In this document: piece after piece, positions 6,721 through 16,400 of the stretch | How the letters are laid out: every line of letters starts with the position of its first letter | Numbering within the stretch: position 1 is the stretch's first letter | DNA from: an uncultured virus (IMG/VR IMGVR_UViG_3300010885_025158) | Lineage: Duplodnaviria > Heunggongvirae > Uroviricota > Caudoviricetes | Virus record (IMG/VR): IMGVR_UViG_3300010885_025158 | Direction: 5' to 3' (one strand) | Length of the DNA: 64,000 nt | The notes under the pieces: model-generated | What the model saw: the letters and a program-made list of their open reading frames with translations, nothing else | Database searches by the model: none | What the model was told of the DNA's origin: nothing | Program-made: the position numbers and the translations under genes

Positions 6721-8667
6721 ATGGTAGACAAAAACAAAGTACTGCACCTAAACAGTACATTCATCAAAAGTGAAACACTACCTACCAAAGACGGAATGAT
6801 CGACTCTATCACAATCGAAGGTTACGCAAGTACCAATGATATGGATAGACAAGGTGACGTTGTCCCGACTAATGTCTGGGAAGCGGGAATGGAAAATTAC
6901 TTAAAAAACCCAGTAATTTTAGCCTACCACGATCATTCAGAGCCAGTCGGTAGGATGATAGAACATAGAATTGACGGCAAAGGATTGTGGATTAAAGCCA
7001 GAATCTCAGCAGCTGCTGACGATGTGTTTAATCTTGTAAAGGACGGCATACTGACCGCATTTAGTATTGGATTCCGTATCTTAGATGCAGAGTACAACAG
7101 TGCAGCAGAAGTGTTTGTAGTTAAGGAACTGGAATTGCACGAAATATCAGTAGTGTCAGTACCAGCTAATCAAAATACAATATTTAGTCTTTCTAAAGCG
7201 TTTAACGACGCAGAAGAATTTAAATCTTTCAAAATGCAATTTGCACCCAAAAGCGAGTCAGCTAAAGGGCTAGAATCCTCTACGGAAGCAAAAAGCGACA
7301 TTAATAAGGAATGGAACATCATGGATCCAAAAGAATTAGAAACATTGTTAGCAGCTACAGCACAAAAAGCCGCTGAACAAACAGCAAAAGCTATTGCAGA
7401 TCAAAATGCAAAAGCACAAGCTGATCAAGCTGCAAAAGCACAAGCTGAAGCAGACTTAACAGCAAAAATCAAATCAGCAATGAGCACAGTAGATACTGGT
7501 GCTGAGCGTTTACTAGCCGAAGTTGAAAAGCGTCTAGCTGCAACTGAAGAAAGCCACAAAGGTGCTCTAGAAGGTCTAGAAACTGCTCTAAGAGAAAAAG
7601 CTGCCGAAATTGAAGCTATCACAAAGTCTCGCATGACTTTCAGCGACAGCAAGCAAGATGGTATGGCTTACGCTGACAAAGAAAAAGCAGTTATGCTAGC
7701 TAAAATGACTGGCAAAGCTCTAGAAAGCACAAAACTAGGTCGTGATCTAGTACAAAAATACGGTGCTCACGTACCATCAGCTACCTGGGAACAAGAAGTA
7801 TCTTTAAACCTAGAGTCTGAAGTTCGTCGTCGTTTAGTTGTTGCTCCTATTTTCCGCAACATTGCTATGCAGACCAACGTAATGACAATTCCAGTAAATC
7901 CAGAAGCAGGTACTGCTACTTGGGTTACTAACGCTGACTTTGGCGCTGTTCCTGGAAGTGTTGGTGTTGCTGGTGCAAGTGCTGGTGGCAATGCTACTCA
8001 TGCATTAAAAGAGATTACTCTAAATGCATACAAACTAGCTACAAACGAGTACACAGCATACGAAGAAGAAGAAGACGCACTATTGGCTCTAATGCCAATC
8101 ATCCGTGACGGTATGGTTCGTCGTGTTGCTCGCGCTGTTGACAAAGCATTCTTGTTAGGTGCTGGTTCAGGCGGTGACCCTGTTAAAGGTCTAAGCATCT
8201 GGGCAAGCAATACTACAGCTACTGGTAACACAGTTGCTGCTGGTATGACAGTTGCTAAAATGCGCACTTTACGTCAAGGTCTTGGTGCTTGGGGTCTAGA
8301 CCCACAAGAAGTAATTTATATCGTTAATACCGATGTATATTACCAGTTGCTAGAAGACACAGTCTTCCAGACAATGAACCAAGTTGGTACACAAGCTACA
8401 TTACTAACTGGTCAAATCGGCCAGATCGGTGGCAGCCCAGTATTAGTTTCCGCAGAGTTTGCTACCCCAGGAACTGGTGTTGCAGGCGCAGTCTGTGTAA
8501 ACCCAGGTAACTTCATTGTTGGTAACCAACGTGGTCTACGCATTGATACTCAAGAATTAGTTGAAACACAACGCCGTGTTATGGTAGCTAGCCTACGTAC
8601 CGGTATGACTCGTGTTACTACTAACCTAGGTAACGCTGTAACAGCACACAAGTACACAGCATCTTAA
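6721..8667 (+). CDS. Fused prohead protease + delta/scaffold domain + HK97-fold major capsid protein
   Basis: IEGYAST..DRQGDVV, LAYHDH, FSIGF and EISVVSVPAN (protease). Ala/Lys/Glu coiled coil follows, then the capsid fold (GQIGQIGGSPV). No stop codon between the domains. Confidence 0.93.
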   Translation: MVDKNKVLHLNSTFIKSETLPTKDGMIDSITIEGYASTNDMDRQGDVVPTNVWEAGMENYLKNPVILAYHDHSEPVGRMIEHRIDGKGLWIKARISAAADDVFNLVKDGILTAFSIGFRILDAEYNSAAEVFVVKELELHEISVVSVPANQNTIFSLSKAFNDAEEFKSFKMQFAPKSESAKGLESSTEAKSDINKEWNIMDPKELETLLAATAQKAAEQTAKAIADQNAKAQADQAAKAQAEADLTAKIKSAMSTVDTGAERLLAEVEKRLAATEESHKGALEGLETALREKAAEIEAITKSRMTFSDSKQDGMAYADKEKAVMLAKMTGKALESTKLGRDLVQKYGAHVPSATWEQEVSLNLESEVRRRLVVAPIFRNIAMQTNVMTIPVNPEAGTATWVTNADFGAVPGSVGVAGASAGGNATHALKEITLNAYKLATNEYTAYEEEEDALLALMPIIRDGMVRRVARAVDKAFLLGAGSGGDPVKGLSIWASNTTATGNTVAAGMTVAKMRTLRQGLGAWGLDPQEVIYIVNTDVYYQLLEDTVFQTMNQVGTQATLLTGQIGQIGGSPVLVSAEFATPGTGVAGAVCVNPGNFIVGNQRGLRIDTQELVETQRRVMVASLRTGMTRVTTNLGNAVTAHKYTAS

Positions 8668-8688
8668 TTTTATTAAGTAGTTGATGTT

Positions 8689-8714
8689 GACAGGGCTTAA
8701 CCGCCCTGTCTTTT
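8689..8714 (+). terminator. Intrinsic terminator after the capsid gene
   Basis: GACAGGGC-ttaacc-GCCCTGTC followed by TTTT. Confidence 0.7.
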
Positions 8715-8757
8715 AAAAGGATTTTCAGAGTCCTTTTAAAAGACAAGAGAGGCAAAT

Positions 8758-9324
8758 ATGGGATTAAATCTAACAACTAGAGCAGACTATAAAGCCTATG
8801 TGGGTATAAAAAGTACAACTCAAGACGCAGTAATTGACGCACTAATACCAAGAGTATCAGACTTTGTTAAAAACTACTGCAAAAGAACTTTTGTAGATAA
8901 TTGGGATACTGCAAGAGTAGAAGCATTTGACGGCGGGTTTGATAGACTTATCTTAGCTGAGAATCCAGTTAGAGCTATTTCTACAGTACAATACAGTATT
9001 GACTTTGGTCAAACATTTACAGCTTTAACACAATATACAGACTACGTTATTGATGGATATACGGTACGAAGCACACTATCTTCAGGATTTCCATACTTAC
9101 TACGCGGCTATAAAGTCACTTATACTGGTGGATACGAAGATACTCCTCAAGACCTAGAGCTAGCAATCTTTGATTTAATGAGCTACTACCTAAAAAATGA
9201 TAGTGCAGTACATAGTCAAAAACTACCAAGTCCAAATACTACACAGATACAGTATATTAACGATTCACAGTTACCGGCCCATATTAAACGTGTACTAGAC
9301 AGTTATCAGGCGGATTATACATAA
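8758..9324 (+). CDS. Head-tail connector/head completion protein
   Basis: VKNYCKRTF, VTYTGGY..P.DL and LPAHIKRVLDSY. Position after the capsid gene. Confidence 0.8.
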   Translation: MGLNLTTRADYKAYVGIKSTTQDAVIDALIPRVSDFVKNYCKRTFVDNWDTARVEAFDGGFDRLILAENPVRAISTVQYSIDFGQTFTALTQYTDYVIDGYTVRSTLSSGFPYLLRGYKVTYTGGYEDTPQDLELAIFDLMSYYLKNDSAVHSQKLPSPNTTQIQYINDSQLPAHIKRVLDSYQADYT

Positions 9325-10721
9325 TGGCCAGTAAAGTAACTCTCAAAGATCTTATAAGCACACTAGATCCACAAATTAGGTCTAGCTTATTGTATGATAC
9401 ACGAACATTAGATTTAGACAAAAGACCGCACGTTTTAGATATTTCTAAAACGAGTTTACAGGTTAACAATCGTGGCAATACTATTCCATCTTTTAACGAG
9501 TTATATAATACATTTATCGAAGTAGTAGCTAAAAAAGTACCGGCTTCTAGAACATTTAGTTCAATTGATCAGATACCAGGTAATTATTTTAAATCATCAA
9601 AACCTTATTTAATATATGTAAATAGTGGATCACTGCAGTTACTTTTGTCAATGTCTTTTAAGTCTATTCAAGAGTTTGTTAGTGATGTTGTCAGAGACCC
9701 TAAATTGGTTAAAACAGCATTTGGAGTACGAGAAAATAAAAAGCCAGAGTGGGAAGGTCAGCCAGTCGAAGACTGGAAACTTGCCGGCACTACTAGCCTT
9801 TTAGACATAGGACATATTCCTAGTGCTGAATCTGCCGAATACTTTGTATCACCACTAGCACAAAAAATTGGCACAATTTTAGATAACTTTGAAGCAAGAG
9901 GTATTTCAGCTAATAGTGAGGCATATAAACTTGCGGTTGATAGTCTTAATAAAATAACAAGTATTCAAGCAAAAGTTGATTACGAATTTAGAAACAGTAC
10001 ACCAGAAGTATTTCAAAAAGTAGAAAACCTATTTGGAACAATGTTTGTTGCAGTAACCATACAAACTTCCGATATTAACCAAAAAGAGTTTGGTGACAAA
10101 GAATTAAAGATATTTCAAGCATTTAAAGAAAAGCTAGCCATATACTTAGCAAAACCCAGTTTAGTTAAAAGTTACTTAGGTTTAAGTGGTTCAAATACCA
10201 TATTACAAGATATAGAACAAGCTTTTGTTGATATATTAAAAACTGGTAAAAGTAAGTTAAAAATACACGCTAAACAAAAAAGTACTAAAGGCAAACAAAC
10301 AAAAATTGGAGTAAGTAATAAACTACCAATAACTAGTACTATTAAATCAAAGATTGGTAAACCTGCAGCACCTGTTACTAAACAGCTTAATACCGTAAAC
10401 TTACCTGTTCTTTTACTTTTTATAAATCAGCACCTACAAGATGTTATAAGCGCTAATATGGGTGACGGTTCCCGTAGCGATATTTTAAACTACAGAACAG
10501 GTAGATTTGCTGCCTCTGCACAAGTTACGGCACTATCACAAAGTCGTGAAGGCCTGATAACTGCTTTTTATAGTTACATGAAGAATCCTTACGCAACTTT
10601 TAGTGACGGCGGCAAACAAGCAAGACCACGATCTAGAGATCCTAAACTGCTAATAGGTACTTCAATTAAAGAGATCGCTGCTCAGCAGGTAACAAATAGA
10701 TTAAGGGCAGTATTAGTATGA
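9324..10721 (+). CDS. Tail completion/neck protein (T5 p143-like C-terminus) with long N-terminal region
   Basis: C-terminal LNYRTGRFA..YSYMKNPYATF..RDPKLLI. Position between connector and tail terminator. Confidence 0.7.
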   Translation: MASKVTLKDLISTLDPQIRSSLLYDTRTLDLDKRPHVLDISKTSLQVNNRGNTIPSFNELYNTFIEVVAKKVPASRTFSSIDQIPGNYFKSSKPYLIYVNSGSLQLLLSMSFKSIQEFVSDVVRDPKLVKTAFGVRENKKPEWEGQPVEDWKLAGTTSLLDIGHIPSAESAEYFVSPLAQKIGTILDNFEARGISANSEAYKLAVDSLNKITSIQAKVDYEFRNSTPEVFQKVENLFGTMFVAVTIQTSDINQKEFGDKELKIFQAFKEKLAIYLAKPSLVKSYLGLSGSNTILQDIEQAFVDILKTGKSKLKIHAKQKSTKGKQTKIGVSNKLPITSTIKSKIGKPAAPVTKQLNTVNLPVLLLFINQHLQDVISANMGDGSRSDILNYRTGRFAASAQVTALSQSREGLITAFYSYMKNPYATFSDGGKQARPRSRDPKLLIGTSIKEIAAQQVTNRLRAVLV

Positions 10722-11155
10722 GTCGTAGAACATCAATAATAACAGCATTAGCCACAAAGTTAAATACAATTAACGGCACAAGTCCTTATAGCACTAACTT
10801 GTTTAGTAATGCTTATGCTAAATTAAAATTCTGGGATGAAGTAAATGACTTTCCGTCAGTTTATATGAGTCCAGGAATGGAGCAACGTGAATATCTTCCA
10901 GGAGATTTTGCCTGGGGATACTTAGGCGTATCAATAAAAGTTTATTGCAAAGGCGAAGATTGCCAACAGCAACTAGAACTTTTATTACAAGATATAGAAA
11001 CTTGTGTAGATGCAAATCGTAGATTGGTTTATAATAGTACCAACAACTTTGAGACAACAGAGATATTGGTTCAAAGTATAACTACCGATGAGGGCTTACT
11101 ATACCCTTACGCAGTCGGTGAAATTAACTTGCAAGTCCGATATCAGGTCATGTGA
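10718..11155 (+). CDS. Tail terminator protein (T5 p142-like)
   Basis: RTSIITAL, KFWDEVNDFP, QREYLPG and SITTDEGLL. Confidence 0.85.
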   Translation: MSRRTSIITALATKLNTINGTSPYSTNLFSNAYAKLKFWDEVNDFPSVYMSPGMEQREYLPGDFAWGYLGVSIKVYCKGEDCQQQLELLLQDIETCVDANRRLVYNSTNNFETTEILVQSITTDEGLLYPYAVGEINLQVRYQVM

Positions 11156-11230
11156 GCAACCATGCGGCAGTGCTAACAACAGATAAATGTCTAGTTTATG
11201 TACTAAAGCATTAACAAAAAAGGAAATGAA

Positions 11231-12451
11231 ATGGCATTTAATTTAATTCGTAACGCCAGAGTATTCTTTACCACAAATACTAACTCTTTTGGAGTAGTTA
11301 ATACTGGTACAATGACCAGCACTAACACCTTTGAATTACAAGTTTTAGATGGTTTAAGTTTTACTCAGAACACAACAACAGAAACAATTACGCTAAACGA
11401 AGCAGGTGCAACACCTAATCGTGGTCAGCGTAACTTCAACACTGCCTTAGAGCCAGTTGACTTTTCGTTTAGTACTTATATTCGCCCACGCGATCTTGAC
11501 CCACAACCAAGTGGAACAGGCTCACACCAAGTTACTGCTGAAGAAAGACACTTGTGGAACGCAATGTTTGGCTACACAGCACTAGGTGCCGCTGGCGCAA
11601 CTGGTGCCGCAGGTCAAGCTTGGTCTGATGGTCCCGATGATGCAGTTACAACAAGCTACGCTACTGTAACACTAAGCAATTCTAACAGAAATCAACTACT
11701 ACAGTTTGGCTTAATTATTGTTCTAGATGACGCAACTTTTGTTATTGACAATTGCGTTATGGATACAGCAACCATGGACTTTGGTTTAGATACAATTGCT
11801 ATGGTACAGTGGGCAGGTAAAGCTAGTGCTATTCGTCAGTTTGACAAAACTACATTAACTAACGGTTCTGGTATAGTTACTGCAACAGCAGTAAACTCAA
11901 GTAATACACCGTTCACTGGTACCGCTGTTCTTAAAGATACACAAGCTGCTTATCTAGCTAATAAATTAAGCACAGTTACCCTAAAATCAGGTATCTCAGG
12001 TTCTGGCTCTACTTATGATATTGCCCTAACAGGTGGTTCAGTAACTATTGCTAACAATATCACGTACTTAACACCAAGTAACTTGGGCGTTGTTAACCAG
12101 CCAATTACCTACTTTACAGGTACACGTTCTGTAACTGGATCTATTAATGCTTACCTACGTACTGGTTCACTAAGTGCAACAGCACTTTATAATGCATTGG
12201 TTACAGCAAGTGCAACAGATGTTAACCCAGCGTATAACTTGTCTTTAAGTGTTGGTGGTAGCTCAAGCGCAACAACTCGCGTTGACTTGTTAATGCCAGC
12301 TGTTGTATTGCAGATTCCTACAATTGCAACTGAACAAGTTATTTCTACCACAATCGGATTTACTGCGCAAGGTTATGCCAGCACTTCATTCGACATTGGT
12401 GCAAACAACGAAATTGAACTTCGTTACTTCGTAGCTAATACTAACTATTAA
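11231..12451 (+). CDS. Major tail tube protein (T5 pb6-like)
   Basis: LIRNARVF, ITLNEAGATPNRGQRNFN.ALEP, FSFSTYIRP and NNITYLTP. Confidence 0.9.
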   Translation: MAFNLIRNARVFFTTNTNSFGVVNTGTMTSTNTFELQVLDGLSFTQNTTTETITLNEAGATPNRGQRNFNTALEPVDFSFSTYIRPRDLDPQPSGTGSHQVTAEERHLWNAMFGYTALGAAGATGAAGQAWSDGPDDAVTTSYATVTLSNSNRNQLLQFGLIIVLDDATFVIDNCVMDTATMDFGLDTIAMVQWAGKASAIRQFDKTTLTNGSGIVTATAVNSSNTPFTGTAVLKDTQAAYLANKLSTVTLKSGISGSGSTYDIALTGGSVTIANNITYLTPSNLGVVNQPITYFTGTRSVTGSINAYLRTGSLSATALYNALVTASATDVNPAYNLSLSVGGSSSATTRVDLLMPAVVLQIPTIATEQVISTTIGFTAQGYASTSFDIGANNEIELRYFVANTNY

Positions 12452-12463
12452 TCATAGTTTTAT

Positions 12464-12495
12464 AGATGCCGGCACGATCACCGGCATCTCTTTTT
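12464..12495 (+). terminator. Intrinsic terminator after the major tail gene
   Basis: AGATGCCGG-8 nt loop-CCGGCATCT then CTTTTT. Confidence 0.8.
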
Positions 12496-12529
12496 AACCA
12501 TCCATATTAAATTAATAACAAGGGCAATA

Positions 12530-12946
12530 ATGTCTCAACTTTCTTTAAAATCAATGCTAGTACCAAGTAAAACCAATGTGGTTGAATACCCAGGTATGCC
12601 AGGCCTTGAAATTACTATCAACTTTTTAAGCCGAGAAATTTTACAAACAATTCGTAAAAAAGCAACTAAAACTAGTTTTAAGAATCGCCAAGCAGTCGAA
12701 GAACTGAATGACGATTTATTTCTGGACTTATATGTTCAGAACTCAATTAAAGGCTGGAAAGGATTTAAAATGTCCTATCTAGAACAACTAGCACCAGTTG
12801 AAGTGGCTGAAGGTGAAGCGGATACTGAACTAGAATATACACAAGACAATGCTCTCGCACTAATGAAAGCATCTAGTAGCTTTGACAGTTTTATTAGCGA
12901 ACAGGTTACAGACCTGGGAAACTTTTCGACGAACAAACAGAGTTAG
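12530..12946 (+). CDS. Tail assembly chaperone (gpG-like)
   Basis: VEYPGMPG and IKGWKG. Position between the tube and tape measure genes. Confidence 0.85.
   Translation: MSQLSLKSMLVPSKTNVVEYPGMPGLEITINFLSREILQTIRKKATKTSFKNRQAVEELNDDLFLDLYVQNSIKGWKGFKMSYLEQLAPVEVAEGEADTELEYTQDNALALMKASSSFDSFISEQVTDLGNFSTNKQS
12916..12922 (+). other. -1 programmed ribosomal frameshift slippery site
   Basis: G GGA AAC (X XXY YYZ) in the chaperone frame. The -1 frame is open from 12922 to 13320. Confidence 0.85.
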
Positions 12947-13320
12947 TCGTAAACTGTTTGGAAAACTACTTTCAAAACTCTGACGTTGGTATGACCAAGG
13001 ATCAATATTTTGAAATGTGTGAAGCACTAAATACTGAACCAGTTGACTCAGATATACCAGTAGAATACTTAGACTTTCCTGTTGAAATACAGCAAGTTTT
13101 TAATATTTACTTTTTAATGAGCGACATATGGGATGGAATGAATGGAACCTATCAAGGTAAGAATACTTCAATAATTTTTGAACTATTGAATGTGTATGAT
13201 ATACCGCACGAAGATAGATTAATCTATTTAACGTTTATTCGTGCTATGGATAATATCCGTAAGCGACTGATAAATGAAAAGGTAAGACAAGCGCACGATA
13301 AAAAGCCCTCCACAAGTTAG
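12922..13320 (+). CDS. Frameshift extension of the tail chaperone (gpT-like)
   Basis: -1 frame ORF with only a TTG start and no clear RBS. Contains MTKDQYFEMCE and DIWDGMNG. Confidence 0.8.
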   Translation, partial: LFDEQTELVVNCLENYFQNSDVGMTKDQYFEMCEALNTEPVDSDIPVEYLDFPVEIQQVFNIYFLMSDIWDGMNGTYQGKNTSIIFELLNVYDIPHEDRLIYLTFIRAMDNIRKRLINEKVRQAHDKKPSTS

Positions 13321-13334
13321 TTGAGGGCTTTTTT
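13300..13334 (+). terminator. Intrinsic terminator
   Basis: AAAAAGCCCTC...GAGGGCTTTTTT. Confidence 0.8.
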
Positions 13335-13354
13335 ATTGCTTGAAATTTTTTGGT

Positions 13355-13383
13355 TTGACAGTTTTTAGTCCACGTGATATAAT
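13355..13383 (+). promoter_or_regulatory. Consensus sigma70 promoter for tape measure/tail tip genes
   Basis: TTGACA-17 bp-TATAAT. Confidence 0.9.
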
Positions 13384-13447
13384 GAGTGACAGTTATGAAT
13401 ATTTGCTGTAGAAGTGTTTCTACAGCCATATAATGCCGGGAGAATCC

Positions 13448-16400
13448 ATGAGCAATGAGACGATTAAAATTGGTATAGACGTTAGTTCCAACGGAACCCT
13501 ACCTAAAAGTGAAAAAGAAGCCGCCGCACTAAATAAGCAATTAGAAGCTTTGGCTAGAAATGCTGATCGCGCAAATAAAGCTCAGCAAGGTGGTACTGGC
13601 GGCAGCCGTAAAGCTGCGGCTACTATGGACAATACGGGCTATAGAAATTTACAAGGCACTGCTCAAACAAGCGGTGCTGAAGGACGAGACTTTGCAAAAC
13701 AGTCGCAAGGTCTTGGTGGATTGGTACGTGTGTACGCTACCTTTGCTGCAAACATATTTGCTGTAAGTGCAGCATTTACTGCCTTGAAAGAAGCTGCAGC
13801 AACAGAAAACATGGTTAAAGGACTTGACCAACTAGGTGCAGCAAGCGGCCGTAATTTGGGTACGCTTTCTAAACAAATTGCCGCAAGTGTGGACGGAGCA
13901 GTATCACTTAGAGAAGCAATGACTTCTGTGGCTCAAGCTAGTTCTGCAGGTTTAAATACTAAACAAATAAAAGATTTAGCGTTAGTAGCCAATAAAGCAT
14001 CTCAAGCTTTAGGCTTAAATATGTCTGATGCTATGAGCCGTCTAAGTCGCGGTATTAGCAAGATTGAGCCGGAACTATTAGACGAATTAGGTATTTTTGT
14101 TAAAGTTGATGAAGCAACGCAAAAGTATGCCTTAGCTGTTGGTAAAACTACAGCCTCATTATCAGACTTTGAAAAACGCCAAGCTTTTGCTAATGCAGTA
14201 CTTGACCAAGCAAAAGAAAAATTTAGTGCTATTGACGTAGCCGCTAATCCTTATGATAAACTACTAGCCAGTGTTAAGAATCTAGCAACAAGTGGATTAG
14301 AGCTAGTCAATACATTTTTAGCACCTGCTGTTAAATTTTTAGCTGAGTCTCCTACAGCTTTAGCAGTTGTTTTTGCTAGCATTGCTGGAATACTATTAAA
14401 ACAAGCACTGCCTGCATTAGGCGAATTTCGTCGTGGCATAGAGTCCACTAGAAAAGCATCGGCAGATGCGGCTGCTGCTTTTGCAAAAGCCTTCCCAGAT
14501 ACTTTCCAAGAAAAATTACTTCGTCAGTTTCAAATACCAGATCTAGAAAAATCTGTAGCTAGAGCAGAAGCAAATTTAAATAGACTAAACAAAAACCCAG
14601 CACTTGATAAAACACTTGCTAATAATTTATCTAGTGCTATTGCTGCAGACCCTAAAGCGCTAGCCAGTGCTAAAGAAATATTAGAAAATCGTAATAAAAT
14701 TATTGAAACCGGTAAAAAAGGCAGTGCGCAAGCAACAGCTGCTCAAATTGAGAATGCTAGAGCAGATAAACTACAGCTAGAAGGAGCTATTGCAGTTTAT
14801 AAAGCTAAACTTGATCTAATAAAAGCCAACAGCTTATTAACGGCAGGACAAGATAAGATGGAAACAAAGGCAGGAGCCCCTATTAGTAAGTGGGACCCTG
14901 AAACTTTAGCTTTAGCAAGATATATAAAATTACGAAAAGAAGTTACTAAAAGTGAATTAATTTCAGGTGCAGCCGAAACTGCTTCTATTTTAGGAGTTAG
15001 AGCTGCTTGGTCAGAACTTCATGCAAATGTACAAAAAGAAGGCTTGGGAACTTGGGATAAATATACTACGCTTGCCAAAGGCACACTAGCTGCCGTAACT
15101 ACAAGAATTATGGGAATTGTGGGTGCGCTAGGCACTCTAGGACAAATGGCAGGTGCTGCTATAGCAGTATTTTCACTAATTGACTCTTTTGCATCAAGCG
15201 CTACAAAAGAAGTAGAAGCTTTTAATGCTGCAACCGATGCTACTAAAGCAGCATTAAAAGGCGTAAACGATACGTACGATCTATATCTTATAAAGAAAAA
15301 AGAAAGTTTTAGTCTTGAAAGTATTTCTGCATTTACAAACGCACTAGGCGGACTAACAGATGCGTTTGAAAGCCAGATATTAGCGGTTAGAAAGTTTGAT
15401 GCAGCTGCAAATGACTGGGATAGATTTAAAGACAGTTTTGCTAGTTTATTTGGTGGCGGTAATGCCAATAAGTTAAAACAAGGTGCAAAAGATACTGTTC
15501 AGGGCGTGTTAAAGTCACTAGAATTTAGCTCTTATAAGAAACAAGATGAAAGTCTGCTAGCTAGTGTTTTAGGGCTAGATGACCCTAAACTTTTGTATGA
15601 TACAAAAGCACTAGATAAAGCACTAGAAGCAATACCGGATGCTGAATTACTAAGAAAACTGGATCAAGTAAAAGCAACGGTACAAGGTATTAGAGAGCAA
15701 GAAGAGTATGCAACAAATGCTGCAAAAGCTTTTGCAGAAAGTTTAGGCACAATTGGTAAAATTACTGATCAGATGATTCAAGCTAATGCTTTTACAGATC
15801 TTCAAGGTAAACTAGGAGTAGAATTAGTAAATGCTTCAGATAGGTTTGCTCAGTCTTTACAAGACCCACTAAAAGCTTTAGAAGCGATAGCCAAACTTAG
15901 TAAGGATCCTAAAGCTTTAGCTGCTTTAAATATTACTGATTTGACAGAATTAGCACAAGCTGCAAAATTTGAAAGAGAAATTAGCGTTGCTACTAAAGAA
16001 AGAGTTGAAGCTGAAAAAGAACTAGAACAAGCAAAAGCAGGCAAAGGTAAGCTTAGTACTGCTCCTGATGCAGGAACTTTTGGACAGGGTGGAGTAGGTT
16101 TTCTAGAAACTACAAAGCAAAGAGACATAGAAAACGCAAATGCTGCACTACAAAAAGCAATTAGTCAGGTAGAGAAAGCTCAAAAAGAAGGAGCTAACTT
16201 TGCTATTAGTCAAGTTGGTTTAATAGATAAGATTGCTAGTGCTGGACTTGAGAAAATTGAATTAGGGTTGAAGAAAACAAAAGAACTTGCAGCTATATCT
16301 CTTGCACGAGCACAACTAAGTTTTGCAGCATCTGCAGGATTTGACACGTCTAACGATGAATACAAGTTACGTATACAAGAGCTAAAAATACAAGAAAGTT

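Noticed and set aside
7425..8267. Antisense ORFs within the capsid gene, and similar ones in TMP, fibre and replication genes
   Set aside because: Shadow frames produced by codon bias of the sense genes, with no RBS or recognisable motifs.
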